From Tubulanus polymorphus (lineage: Eukaryota; Animalia; Nemertea): 64,000 nt of DNA. Every line of letters starts with the position of its first letter. The first letter of the stretch is position 1. A program made the position numbers and the translations under genes. Shown in pieces: positions 23,353 to 36,288 of this stretch. Location of the stretch: NCBI RefSeq assembly GCF_964204645.1, contig NC_134035.1, positions 6,593,001 to 6,657,000 of the forward strand. The letters run 5' to 3'. The notes beneath the pieces were generated by a model. The model made no database searches. It saw only the letters and a program-made list of their open reading frames with translations, and was not told the origin of the DNA.

Positions 23353-26300
23353 TTAACACGTTAGAATTCTTTTCATTATTTCCTTCTCTTTTGTTTCTTC
23401 TCTTTTAAATTTTAAATATTCATCTAAATTACAACCATAAGCAACTGTATGAATTCCATCATCTAAAATATATCTTTTATCATCAAATGGGTTTAGACTA
23501 ATCTTTTCAATTTCTTCAATAAACATTTCATGATCTTCAGATCTTAAACATCTCATCTTATGTTTTCTAACTTCTTCATTGAATATACAATTGATGTAAT
23601 CTCTGAAATGAATATTCTTTTCTACTACACTTTTGGTTATTCCTTTTAACTTTTTAGCTTCATGTTCTTTAGTTTTATATGAATACATTTTAGATCTAAT
23701 ACCGATGAACTCTATCATTTCTTCACCACCTAATTCATCTTTGAATTTACCGGGAACTTTCTTATTATCATTGCTAAACAATTCATGATCTTTAGGATAG
23801 TTACTGAAATCAAAATGATGTTTTAATGTTTTTAAATCATCTGTTATGTTATCAGTTTTTATCTTTAATATGTAAGAATCGGTATCAAAATATAATATTT
23901 CTATATGTTTTTCTCCAAAAAGTGGTTGTAATACATTATAATAGAATTCATACATTAGTAATTTTGATAATTCTAAAACTGAAGCGCCAACATAGATTGG
24001 TTTATTAAATTTCATTAATGTTCTTCTCATCTTAACTGCAGCTAAATTTTCATCAAATATTCTGTTACCAATGAACTTAGGATATGATTGTAAATGTCTA
24101 ATTCTTTTACCATTACTAACTAACTCAATATCATTTCTATTTCTAATATTTTCACAAGTCTTACCATAGAATGCATTATTCATTAACTTGAAGAAATCTT
24201 TCTCAAAATCAGTTTTAGCTTCAGTTATCTGTTTGGTGTTAAAATCTATATATTTTTCTAACCACTTAGATTGACTGAATGAAATATATCTATGTACTTT
24301 TTTTAGAACCATTCCTTGTTTTAGATAAAACTTTAACATTCTATAATGTACTACATAATTATATTTATCTTCTTGAGTTACCATTAACTTTTCTGTATGA
24401 ATATGATTTTCGGGTTTAATTCTTTTTTGATGATTTGATAATTCTTCATGAGTAACAGTTTTATGTCCTGGACAGTATGCTAGATTTCTAGATTTAAATG
24501 TTTTATCTTCAGGATATTCTAAATCTACAACAAAGAAGTAACCAGTATCTGAATCATCTGCAATATCTAGAATTCTTTTCTTCCAATCAAATTTATCATT
24601 ATATTCATTCTGTAAAACTTCAGTTAATTCAAATACTCCATAAGGTTGTGGTTCCATCATTGCCCAACCATATAAATTATTTGCATCTATATATAATAAC
24701 TTATATCCAGGGTTATCATTTACATTGAAATATCTATCCCCTAATACACCTGAAACTCCTCCTCTTATAGATTTTTCAAATAATAGTAATTGATCTATAT
24801 TTGTTAACAAATCCATTTTTATATCTGTAAATTTTAATCCACAATCCCATGTTAAACCTGGTGATGAATAACAATGACAAGGATCAATGTTAAAATATTT
24901 TAGGTTTACATCTCTAAACCTTTCGAATATATCAGTTAATAATAATACATCTGATTTTAGATATGAATCTACTAATTGTCCATGATTTTCTATTTTGAAA
25001 TGATTCCAAATATTCAATGTTCTATTATATACTTCATCTTTAACATATTCATTTTTTAATTCATCATAGAATTGTTCTTTTAATAATTCAGTTATGCTAA
25101 AATCATTATGATTTTTATAGAAAGAATATGGAATTGCGCCTTTATATCTCATTTATTGGAAATCATCATTATTTGGGTAGTGTTGTTTTAATATTCTTAA
25201 TTCATCATCAACTAATGATTTTGATAAGTTATCTAATGAACTATTTAAAAATCTATATGAATCTATAAATCTTAAACACCCAAATTGGAATGATATAATT
25301 CTCAGATGTTTTAGCTAACATTCTAAATTTATAAGTTGGTATTTTATCTTTAGATCTATTTGAATTTAATCTTTTTATTTCATTATTAATTTCTTCTATT
25401 TTATGGCATAACTGTTTGATGAATAAATGTGCATCATATCCTGATAGATTATGAAATATAACTGGTACAAAGTTAATTTTCTTAGCTTGTAAGTTACAAT
25501 TCTCATGTGCAGCGCCTCTAAACTTTCCGTTCAAATGATCATGGTCTCTTACTATTTTATCTTTATAATTAGATATCTTTTCACAATAATAACATTTACC
25601 TGTAAACACAAATTCTTCTTTATCTTCTTCTGTCATAATTATTTCTATATTTGTATTCAATAATTTACTAAATCTTATTTCATATTCAATTAATAAGTCA
25701 CAAAAATGATTGATAACATTTTCATTTCTATAATGATAATATTCACTTTCAATTAGTTCTAAATAATCAGATTTAATATATAACCCGAAAGCTGCAGCTG
25801 ATTGATGAATCTTTTTAATTGTATTTGTTATTGGTGGTTCATCTGAAAATTTTCATTAGAATTTAATTTCTTTCTTTTATAATATATTTCTTTTCTATCT
25901 TGATCAGTTAGTTCTTTATTTAATGATTCAAAATCTCCATATATAACAAATGGAACTTTATTTTTGTAATCATATTTTTTGAATTCTAATATTTTATCTT
26001 TTTCATTTGGTAAAACTAATTTACAATAATCATGATTTTCACATAATTGTTTATGATTCAATAATGTACTTTCATTACTGAATCTATATAAACATTTTCT
26101 ACAAAGATATATTTTATGGTGATCATTTTCTGATTTAAAAAATAAATCGATTTGTTTAATCCACATATAATGATTCTCATAATATAGTATATCTATAACA
26201 TCGTTTGAATCATAATCTTTTGATAGATATAAAGGTTCTAATGTATAATGTTTTATATTGTTACCTTTCGTATTTGGTAATTTGATTAAATCAAATACAT

Positions 26301-27384
26301 TTATCTTTATATTATTATCTCTTTTTTTTGGGATGTTTTTAATTCTAACAGGATACTTATCTATCTTATAATTATTTTCAAATTGTTTATAATTTGTTAA
26401 TCTATAAGTATGTTTATTATAATCTTCAACTGGGTGTAAACAACTTATTATAGCCCATAGAAAACATTTATCATCTTCATTTAGTACATTTATGACAGCA
26501 TTAGTTTTAAATGGTAGTTTAATATAACTCGATGCTTCAATATCTGGTTCTTTATAATATGATACATTATTTTCATCAATTGGTTTTGATTTAGTTAACT
26601 TATTATATTTTGTGTTATGAACATGTAAAGTCATAAATATTATTTCATCAAATATTAAACCAGATCCTTCAAAATATTTCTCTTCTATTTTAGTTTTTAC
26701 TTCATTATAACATTTAGCTAATTTACCATCTATATGTTGTTTAGATATAATATGTTGTGAATGAGAATTTATATTGTATATTGGTTTATCTTCAGATTTT
26801 ATAAACTTTACTTTAGAAGATATACTAATTTTAGGGTATTCAACATCAGTTATTATTTTTATTATTTCTTTCATATTTTCTAAATGTTTTTTATTTTCTT
26901 CTAATGTTTTTCCTTTATGAAATTTAAACTCAATAGCTGCTGGACCAATATCACTTTTAAATGCTTCGGTCATCTCTATATCTTTTTTATTATCTAATGA
27001 ATTAATATAATTTCTTACATCTTCCATGTATGGTCTTTTATTGTTTAATTTATTTTTTATGCTTTTAATTGTCTTCTGTTTCTTATCATTATCTTTATCA
27101 AAATAATCTTCACCTAAAATATCATTATTCATATTTCTAATATGACTTTTAGATTTTAAATGTTCATTATAATATCTTTTATCACTGAATGATAGATTAA
27201 ATGTATCACATTTGTATGTTTCTTTTTCATTCTTTAATTCATCTAATTTAGTTTCTAATATATCATCTTTATATTCTAGTTTCAATTTATTCTCTAAATG
27301 TGTTTTAGTTTTATTGTGTCTTGCTTTTTGGGATTTATCTATATTGATATTACATGTTGGACAGTAGTACTTATTTGCTTCCAT
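23353..27384 (-). pseudogene. polB: Protein-primed family B DNA polymerase (N-terminal C2H2 fingers, putative vOTU-like domain, endonuclease VII-like insert), frameshifted; intein-free allele
   Basis: ExoI YGDFES, ExoII FHNLSGYD, ExoIII YLKSDV, motif A YIDANNLYGWAM, motif B KLMNNAFYGK, motif C YFDTDS, RSKMY, KGI; CxxC..VRDHDH..G..RG.AH..CNL. Confidence 0.96.
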
Positions 27385-27437
27385 TTTAATACTAATTTTT
27401 TTTTAAAATTGATTTTAGAAGTTCAATGATTTATATC

Positions 27438-27804
27438 ATGTATTATTTCAATCACACTTTACTAACACTTTTAATGTTTAAAAATCAAACTCATACAAAT
27501 ATAAATATTGAAATAATGTTGTAAATATATCTATATATCTATTCTATAAGAGCTCACACTTTTATATTGAATAATCTATCAATTTAAATGTTATTCATGT
27601 AAATGAATATTTTAAGAGTCATAGGGGTAATGGGCTTTCAGGCTAAAGGTTGAAGGGGCGAGTGAGTAAAAAATGAAAATAACAATAATTTACAGTTGAA
27701 TTAGGAGTGTGCGCGACTAATTTAACTGTAAATTATTGTTATTTTTATTTTTTACGAGCTCGACCCTTCGACCTTTGGCCTGAAAGCCCATTACCCCTAT
27801 TACT
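27438..27804 (-). repeat. Right TIR of element 1 with terminal palindrome (27617-27804)
   Basis: Reverse complement of 10311-10678. Confidence 0.95.
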
Positions 27805-28719
27805 AAAGTCGATCCGTAAAAGTGCTCATATCGTCAGGAAAAGCGTTTTTTGACCCGAAAACGTCGTTCAGCGCGAGAAAAGACGTTTTCGTATCAAACA
27901 TTCACCCTATCGGAAAGATGAAAATGTCGATGCGTAAAAGCGCTCAAATCGTCAGGAAAAGCACTTTTCTACCCGAAAACGTCGTTCAGCGCGAGAAAAG
28001 ACGTTTTCGTATCAAATATTCCCCCTATCGAAAAAATGAAAATGTCGATGGGTAAAAGCGCTCAAACCGTCAGAAAAAGCACTTTTCGTCGCGAAAACGT
28101 CGTTCAGCGCGAGAAAAGTCGTTTTTGTATCAAATATTCCCCCTATCGGAAAAACGACAATGTCCATGCGTAAAAACGCTAAAATCGTCAGGAAAAGCAC
28201 TTTTCGTCGCGAAAACGTCGTTCAGCGCGAGAAAAGACGTTTTCGTATCAAATATTCCCCCTATCGGAAAACCGACAATGTCGATGCGTAAAAGCGCTCA
28301 AATCGTCAGGAAAAGCGCTTTTCCACCCGAAAACGTTGTTCAGCGCGAGAAAAGACGTTTTCGTATCAAATGTTCACTCTATCGGAAAAACGACAACGTC
28401 CATGCGTAAATGCGCTCAAATCGTCAGGAAAAGCGCTATTCGACCCGAAAACGTCGTTCAGCGCGAGAAAAGACGTTTTCGTATCAAATATTCCCTCTAT
28501 CGGAAAAACGACAATGTCGATGCGTAAAAGCGCTCAAATCGTCAGAAAAAGCACTTTTCGACGCGAAAACGTCGTTCAGCGCGAGAAAAGACGTTTTCTC
28601 ATCACATTTTCCCCGTATCGGAAAAATGACAAAGTCGATCCGTAAAAGCGCTCCAATCGTCAGGAAAAGCACTTTTCGACCCGAAAACGTCGTTCAGTGC
28701 GAGAAAAGACTTTTTCGTA
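27805..28719. repeat. 118-bp satellite spacer (~7.7 diverged monomers) between the two Polintons
   Basis: Same monomer, in phase with the flanks of both insertions. Confidence 0.95.
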
Positions 28720-28789
28720 AGTAATTGGAAAAGTGGGCTTTCAGATCAGAGGACGAGAGGACGAGACACCACTCATCACCACAAGTAAT
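28720..28789 (+). repeat. Left TIR of element 2
   Basis: Reverse complement of 44638-44707. Confidence 0.95.
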
Positions 28790-28804
28790 TTTTTTTCCTA
28801 ATAA

Positions 28805-31800
28805 ATGGGGGAGAATGAACACCAGCCAGAAAACAATAATGTGAATAAAAATCAATATTATTGCACATATTGTAAAAAATACGTCGTAACATCTAATGAA
28901 ACACGACATGAAAAAACTGCAAATCATATAAAAAATGTAATAGATTTTGAAACTCCAGAAAATTCCAATGAAAGAAAAGAAAGATTAGAAAATATGAATG
29001 TGGATGAAATAAAATGTGAAGTTTGTAATGAATTTATAGTAAAAAGGAATTATAATAGACATCTCGAATCACATAAACACCATCAAAATTTGAGTAATAA
29101 TGTTTTAGGAAAAGATTTTTTTGATGATAAACCTCAAAAAGTAAAAAAACCAAATTCAAAAACTAAATCCATTTCAAATAAACCTTACATGGAAAATGTT
29201 AGAAATTATATTGATTCACTAGAAATAAAAGATACAATTGAAATTTTAGAAACATTACTACATAGTAAAATTGGTCCTGCAGCTATTATATTTAGATTTT
29301 TTAAAGGTACAACAATAGAAGATTATAGTAAATTTAATGAAATAATAGAAAAAATACTAGATTTGATAACAGATGTTGAATATCCAAAAATTAGTATCTC
29401 TGGGAAAGTAAGTTTTATAAAGTCAGAAGAAAAAATGGATTATAATATTCAAACACACTCTGAAGAAATAATTTCAAAAACACAAATAAAAGAGAAGTTA
29501 GAAAAAATATTTGATGAATTTAAACGTCATATTGAAGAAAGATATTTTGAGGGTTCTGGCTTAACATTGAATGAAATTATATATTTAGATTTAAATGTTT
29601 ATAATATAAAAAGAAATACAAAATCAAAAAGTAATAAAATGTTTAAAAATGATTCAAACTTTACAACAGAAAAGGATATTAAAGCATCATCTTATATTAA
29701 ATTACCATTTACAACAAAAGCAGTAATAAATATTTAAAATGAAGATTTTCTATGGTCAATTATTAGTTGCTTACATCCAACACAGGAAAATGTTTGTAGA
29801 ATAACAGATTATCGGAAATATGAAACATTATATAAAATTGATCAATATCCAGTAACTATAAAAATGATTTCTAAAATAGAAAAAGTTAATAATTTAAAAA
29901 TAAATGTATTCGAATTAATGCAATTACCAAAGACAAAAGGTGAACATATTAAAGATTATACATTGGAAGCTTTATATTTAACAGAATATTATGATGATGA
30001 AAATGCTATAGATTTGTTTTATTACAAAAAAGATGAAAATGAACATTATATGTGGTTAAAACAAATTGATTTATTCTTTAGAACAGAAAGTGATTATCAT
30101 CAAAAAATTTATCTATGTAGAAAATGTTTATCTAAATTTATGACTGAGAATACATTATTAAAACATAAAGAATTATGATAATAAAGATTTTTGTAAATTA
30201 ATAATGCCAACAGAAAAAGATTATAAATTGAAATTTACTAATCATAAATTTAAGAATATTGTTCCATTTGTAATTTATGGGGATTTTGAATCGTTGAATA
30301 AAGAATTAACCGATCAAGATAGAAAAGAAATATATAACAAAAAGCAATTATTTAAATCAATGGATAAAGGAAATGAATTAAATGAAGACACAACACAAGA
30401 CCCACCCATTATAAATACAATTAACAAAGTTCATCAAAGAGCTGCTGCTTATGGAATTTATATAAAATCAAATTATCCTGAATTATATGAAAGTCAATAT
30501 ATTTCTTTTAGAGGTGAAAATGTAGTTAATGATTTTTGTAATAAAATGATTGAATTAGAAAGTGATTTTGCAAAATTATTAAACAAAAATAAAAGAATAG
30601 TTATGACAAAAGAAGATGAAATTGATTTTAATTATGCAACTCATTGTTGTTATTGTGAAAAACGTTTTTATTCATTTGATAAAAAAGTTAGAGATCATGA
30701 TCATTTAAATTCAAAATAACGTGGAGCTGCTCATGAAGATTGCAATTTACAAGCTAAGAAAGTTAATTTCGTACCAATATTATTTCATAATTTATCAGGC
30801 TATGATACCCATCTATTTATAAAACAATTATCAGGAAAATTGGGTTCAATTAATCAAGAAATAGAAGAATATAATGCTATGAATGGTGTAAATGTAAGAA
30901 AATATGATTTTAAACTATTAGCTAAAACATCTGAAAATTATATTTCATTTCAATTTGGTTGTATTTGATTTTTAGATTCTTATAGATTTCTAGCAAGTTC
31001 ATTAGATAATTTATCAAAAAGTTTAGTTGATAATGATTTTGTTATAACTCGATATTATTATCCAAAAGACCAAGATTTTAAATTATTGAGATATAAAGGC
31101 GCAATTCCTTATTCATTTTATAAAACACACAATGATTTTAATGTAACAGAATTATTAAGAGATCAATTTTATGATCAATTAAAAGAGGAGTATGTGAAAG
31201 ACGAAGTGTTTAATAGAACATTACATATTTGGAACCATTTTAAGATGAAAAATCATGGTGAATTAGTTGATTTATATTCAAAATCAGATGTTATGATATT
31301 GGCTGACATATTTGAAAAATTTAGAGAAGTTAATTTGAATCATTTTAATGTTGATCCTTGTTATTGCTACCCTAGTCCTGGTTTAACCTGGCAATGTGGT
31401 TTAAAATATACAAATGTAGAATTAGATTTATTAAAAGAACCAGATATGGTTTTATTATTTGAAAAATCAATTAGAGGTGGAATGATGAATATAAATTATT
31501 ATATATTGACGCCAATAATTTGTATGGTTGGGCAATGATGCAACCTCAGCCATATAAAAATTTTATATTAACAGAAGTTGAAAATGATGATAAAACTAAT
31601 TGGGAAAGCGCAATTATGAGTTTAGAATATGAAGCACCAATTGGTTATTTCTTTGTAGTTGATTTAGAATATCCTGAAAATATAAAGTTTAAAACAAGAA
31701 ACTTACCTTATTGCCCAGAACATTTAACTGTAGATGATAGTTATTTAAGTGAATACCAGAAGAAAATAAAACCGAAAGATCATGTTTTTACAGAAAATTT

Positions 31801-33870
31801 AATACTTTCTCAAAATAATAAATACAATTATATTGTTCATTATAGAATGTTAAAATTTTATCTAAAACAAGGAATGAAATTAAAGAAAGTACATAGATAT
31901 ATTGAATTTAATCAATCGAAGTGGTTAGAAAAATATATAGATTTCAATACTCAACAGAGAACCATATCAAAAACAGATTTTGAAAAAGATTTCTTCAAAT
32001 TAATGAATAATAGTTTTTATGGTAAAACATGTGAAAATATTAGAAATAGAAATGATATTGAATTAGTAAATAATTCTGAAAGATTAAGACATTTACAATC
32101 AAGTCCTAGACATTTAGGAAATACAAGATTTGAAGATTATTTAACCGCAGTAAAATTAAAAAGAACGTCAATGAAATTTAATAAACCTATATTCATTGGT
32201 CCAACTGTTTTAGAAGTATCAAAATTATTAATGTATGATTTTTATTATAATGTTTTACAACCACTTTTTGGGGAAAAGCATATTGAATTATTATATTTTG
32301 ATTCTGTAACAGCTGACACCCCAATATTATTAAAATGTAATGATAAAATATTGATAAGAAGAATTTCAGAAATAATTCCAAAACAAAATGAATGTTATAT
32401 TTCATATGGTGAAAAAGAATTAATACAAATAAATGGATTAATGGATGTTTGGACAATAAATGGATGGAAAAAATTAAAGAATATTATTAGACATAAAACA
32501 AATAAGAAAATCTATAGAGTTAGAACTAAATTAGGGTTTGTTGATGTTACAGAAGACCATAGTTTAATTAAACGAAATGGCGATGAAATAAAACCAACTG
32601 ATTTAAAAATTGGAGATGAATTATTACATTAAAGATTTTTCCAAAGAATGAATCATATTAATATTAAGGATTTTTCATGAGTGATGGTTCAGCAGGTGTG
32701 TATAATTATGTTAATCGCACTCAATATTGCTGGTATTTATGCAATCAAGACTTAAAATTATTAGAAAGAATAAAGAAATTCTGTGAAGAAGTTTATCCAA
32801 ATAAAACATTTAAAATCATGGATGTTATGAAATCATCGCAATGTTATAGAATACATGTGAATAATCCTAAAGATTTTGCTATAAAATATAATGACGAATT
32901 CCATATTCATGCAATAGTGAAAAGTAATACTTCAACTAAAGAAAAGATAGTGCCAGATTATGTATTAAATGCAAAAAATAATTTAAGAAAATGGTTCTTC
33001 ATTGGATTCTATGCCGCAGATGGCACTAAAAAATTTACAAAGGATAAAAAGATAACCTTTGCACAGAAAGGAAAAGTTGCTATATCAGGGTTAAATATAT
33101 TATGTAATTCATTAGGCTTCAATACGAATATTGGGTTGATTAAATCTAAACCAAATTGCTTGAATTTAAGCCACACAGAAAAAGATTTAACTGAAGAAGT
33201 TAAAGATTTATTTGAAATATATAACCCAACAGATTATGTTTATGATTTATCAACTGAAGATGGTACATTTAACTGTGGATTTCCATTAATAGCCCAAAAT
33301 ACCGACGCCTACATACTAAAAATCAAGACAAATGACATAACAAAAGACTTAAAAACATTAAAACATCATTTTGATTTTAGCAATTATCCCAAAGATCATG
33401 AACTATTTAGCAATGATAATAAAAAGATTCCTGGTAAGTTTAAAGATGAATTAGGGGGTGATGAAATGATTGAATTTGTTGGGATAAGAAATAAAATGTA
33501 TAGTTACAGAACAAAAGATCATGAAGCTAAAAAGTTAAAAGGAATAACAAAACATGTGGTTGATAAACATATAGAATTTCAAGATTATATAAAGTGTTTA
33601 TATAACTCAATTGTAATGAAACATAAAATGAATTGTTTAGGATCAGAGGATCACGAGATGTACATTAATGAAGTTGAAAAAACTACTTTGAATCCATTTG
33701 ATGATAAAAGGCATATTTTAGATGATGGTATAAAAACATTACCTTATGGCCATAAAAACATAAAATCAATATCATCATACTCGAAATCACTATTGGCTTC
33801 TTCATTTTCATTTAATTGTTCTTGTATAATTTGTTTAGGTTCTTCCATTTCATTTTTCTCATTTCAATAA
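28805..33870 (+). pseudogene. polB: Protein-primed family B DNA polymerase with intein; several stops, frameshifts and small deletions
   Basis: ORFs 28805, 29864, 30204, 31086, 31520 and 32677 are colinear with the element 1 polymerase; YGDFES, FHNLSGYD, DANNLYGWAM, KLMNNSFYGK, YFD|TD. Confidence 0.96.
32303..33300 (+). mobile_element. Intein with LAGLIDADG homing endonuclease inserted in PolB motif C; frameshifted
   Basis: YFD|SVTADTPILL (block A), DVTEDHSL (block B TxxH), GFFMSDGS and GFYAADGT (two LAGLIDADG helices), YVYDLSTEDGTF (block F), LIAQN|T (terminal Asn, +1 Thr); removal restores YFDTD. Confidence 0.95.
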
Positions 33871-34217
33871 AGTTCTATCTTGTTCCACATTTCATCTCGC
33901 TCTCTTTGTTTCTTTTTGTTTGTTAATTCATCAAATGGAATTATAATAGCTATGTTTAAATAATTTACAATCTTATTTAAAAAGAATTCATTGAATTTAT
34001 TGAATCTGTTATTCTATTTTCCAAATGATACATTAATATTTGTTTAAATATTTTTTTTATATTTTCCATATCTTCTTCTGTTAATTTAGGTTTTTCATAA
34101 TAATCGTTAAATAATAAATATAAATACATTTTCTTTTGTTTTGTGTTAAACGTTGATGGAATAATTGTTTTATAATATCTTTTTTAGTTATTTCACCATT
34201 TTTATTTTCTATTATTT

Positions 34218-35075
34218 TCATTTTTTCAAGCCATTGCATATATTCTGATCTTCTATAGAAAATATTTTAGAAATTTCATCTAGATAATTTAATTTTGGAT
34301 CTATGAGAAAATTTCTAGTTTTTTCTTCACCCCATAAATTCTTTTGCCATCCACAATCAACACAAAATAACACAGTACCTTCTTGTCTTAAGGTCGCGTA
34401 TTTACATTGTGGGCATTTTTGTTTATAATTTCTTGGTAATAGATCTCCATTAAGCTCTTGGTATTTTCTTACGTTTTCTTTATGTTTTATTGTTCTATTA
34501 TGTAGATTTGAATTACTTGTTGTAATAATCAATTTACAATATTTACAATAATATGTTTTTCTTGTTAATTCATTATATTGTTTTTCTAACTTTTCAACTG
34601 TTTCTTTATTATCTGGTAACGTTTTCTCATATTTTATTTTTTCTAATATATTATTTTTTCTTTCATTGAATTCAGTTTCAAATTTATTAGAAATTTTATC
34701 TATATGTGCTTTACGATATTGATGATTCTCCCAATCTTCTATATTTTCAGGGCTATATTTTATTCGACAAGGCTCGCAGAAATGATCTTTTATATTATCC
34801 TTATCATAGAATATGAAAGGTCTTTTCCAAATAATTTCAGGTTCAAGTTCAACAGAATTACTATTACTTTCATTACTATCAACATTAGCCATTGCGCCAT
34901 TAATTTTACACTTCTCTGAATGTTTTTTAACATAATTTCTTGAGAATAATTTATTACATTTTGGGCAGTTTAGTTTAGGGGGTTTATAATTTTCATCATG
35001 TTTTTTCATATGTCGAGCCATATTACTTTTTCTTAGAAGTTCACCACAAATTTCACATCCTATCTTCTCATCCAT
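34218..35075 (-). CDS. Multi-zinc-finger protein (C2H2 fingers and a Cys4 ribbon); a broken tail probably extends to ~33760
   Basis: CEIC..HMKKH, CPKC..HSEKC, CEPC..HQYRKAH, CKYC..HNRTIKH, CPQC..CVDC. Confidence 0.8.
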   Translation of the reverse strand: MDEKIGCEICGELLRKSNMARHMKKHDENYKPPKLNCPKCNKLFSRNYVKKHSEKCKINGAMANVDSNESNSNSVELEPEIIWKRPFIFYDKDNIKDHFCEPCRIKYSPENIEDWENHQYRKAHIDKISNKFETEFNERKNNILEKIKYEKTLPDNKETVEKLEKQYNELTRKTYYCKYCKLIITTSNSNLHNRTIKHKENVRKYQELNGDLLPRNYKQKCPQCKYATLRQEGTVLFCVDCGWQKNLWGEEKTRNFLIDPKLNYLDEISKIFSIEDQNICNGLKK

Positions 35076-35139
35076 TTATTAAGGAAAAATTTTTTTAAAA
35101 TTAATTTTTAGTGATGAGCGGTTATTTATGTTATAAATA

Positions 35140-35911
35140 ATGGTAGAATTAAAAGAATACAGAATATTTGTTGATTCAAGAAAACTTACAAATTATAAAT
35201 CTCATAATTTACTAGTACAATTAGATAGAGAATTCAAGAATTGTGTTGATTTAAGATTAGTAGATATAAGTTTATGTAATTCTTTTTTATAACACATCGG
35301 ATAAATCTATTGAACATAGATTGTTTATGATTTTTGATAGAAATGCCGATGAATGGTATCATATATTTATAAGACCAGGATTAAATAATTTAAAAACATT
35401 AGCGAAAGAAATTAATAGAAGAGCTAGGGCAAAAATGGGCGCGGCTGCTGGATTTGTAATTAAATTTTTAAAAAGTGATATCAATAATAAAGTAAGAATA
35501 AAGTTAGACAAAGACATAAATTTAATTTTAAAACATAAATTTTTAGTTAAAAAACCTATGGCAAAACTGTTAGGAATTAATCTAGATAAACTTTATTCAA
35601 ATGTTGATACTACGCCAAATATAATACCTGTTACGCACTTCTATATTTATTGTAATTTAATTGATCCTACAAAAACTTTCGAAGCAACTAAAGATACAAT
35701 TTGTAATTCTAGTATACTAAATATTTTACCATTAAAAAATGTTAAACAATTTGGAACGCAAATAAATTATAATTTAACAGAATGTGATTTTAAACCTTGT
35801 ATTCCTCAATTTAATAATTTTAAATTAGAAATAAGAAATCATAATGGATATTAAATTGATTTGAATAACTTTCCTGTAATATATGAATTAGTTATAAGAT
35901 GTAAAGAGTAA
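35140..35911 (+). pseudogene. Putative minor capsid (penton) protein, frameshifted
   Basis: Homolog of 22250-22952; includes ORF 35321-35854. Confidence 0.7.
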
Positions 35912-35927
35912 TTTTTTCACTATATAA

Positions 35928-36284
35928 ATGAATATAGCTGTTGGACCGAGTTTATGTTTTGGATTTGATTTTAAACGTGAGAAAGAAATGAATTTAACGT
36001 TAATGATGTAATTACACATATCAAAAATATTGCATTTTCTAATGAAACAACATTAGAGTATGAAACAACAATAGATAAAGAAACTTTAAATGTAGAAAAG
36101 TTTACTAATTTAATTAGAGAATCTTAAGAATAAGATTTTATGAATTAGATGAAGATTTTATTATAGATGATATCAAAAAAATAATAATTGAAATATATAC
36201 AAATGAAACTAGTAATGAAATAAATGTTGATTTAATCATAAATAAGTTATCTAAATATTTTGATGATAGTAATTTTTATGATTA
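35928..36284 (+). pseudogene. Small hypothetical protein, disrupted
   Basis: Near-identical to 21880-22234. Confidence 0.65.
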
Positions 36285-36288
36285 ATAA

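Larger units (their letters stand above)
10311..27804 (-). mobile_element. Polinton/Maverick endogenous virus, element 1 (17494 bp), full-length but with many frameshifts
   Basis: 5'-AGTAAT...ATTACT-3' ends, ~367-bp TIRs, 6-bp TSD AAAGTC (10305-10310 / 27805-27810), pPolB + integrase + ATPase + capsid genes; satellite phase continues across the insertion. Confidence 0.97.

Noticed and set aside
33760-33870. Hydrophobic C-terminal extension of element 2 PolB
   Set aside because: Looks like readthrough into the antisense tail of the convergent zinc-finger gene
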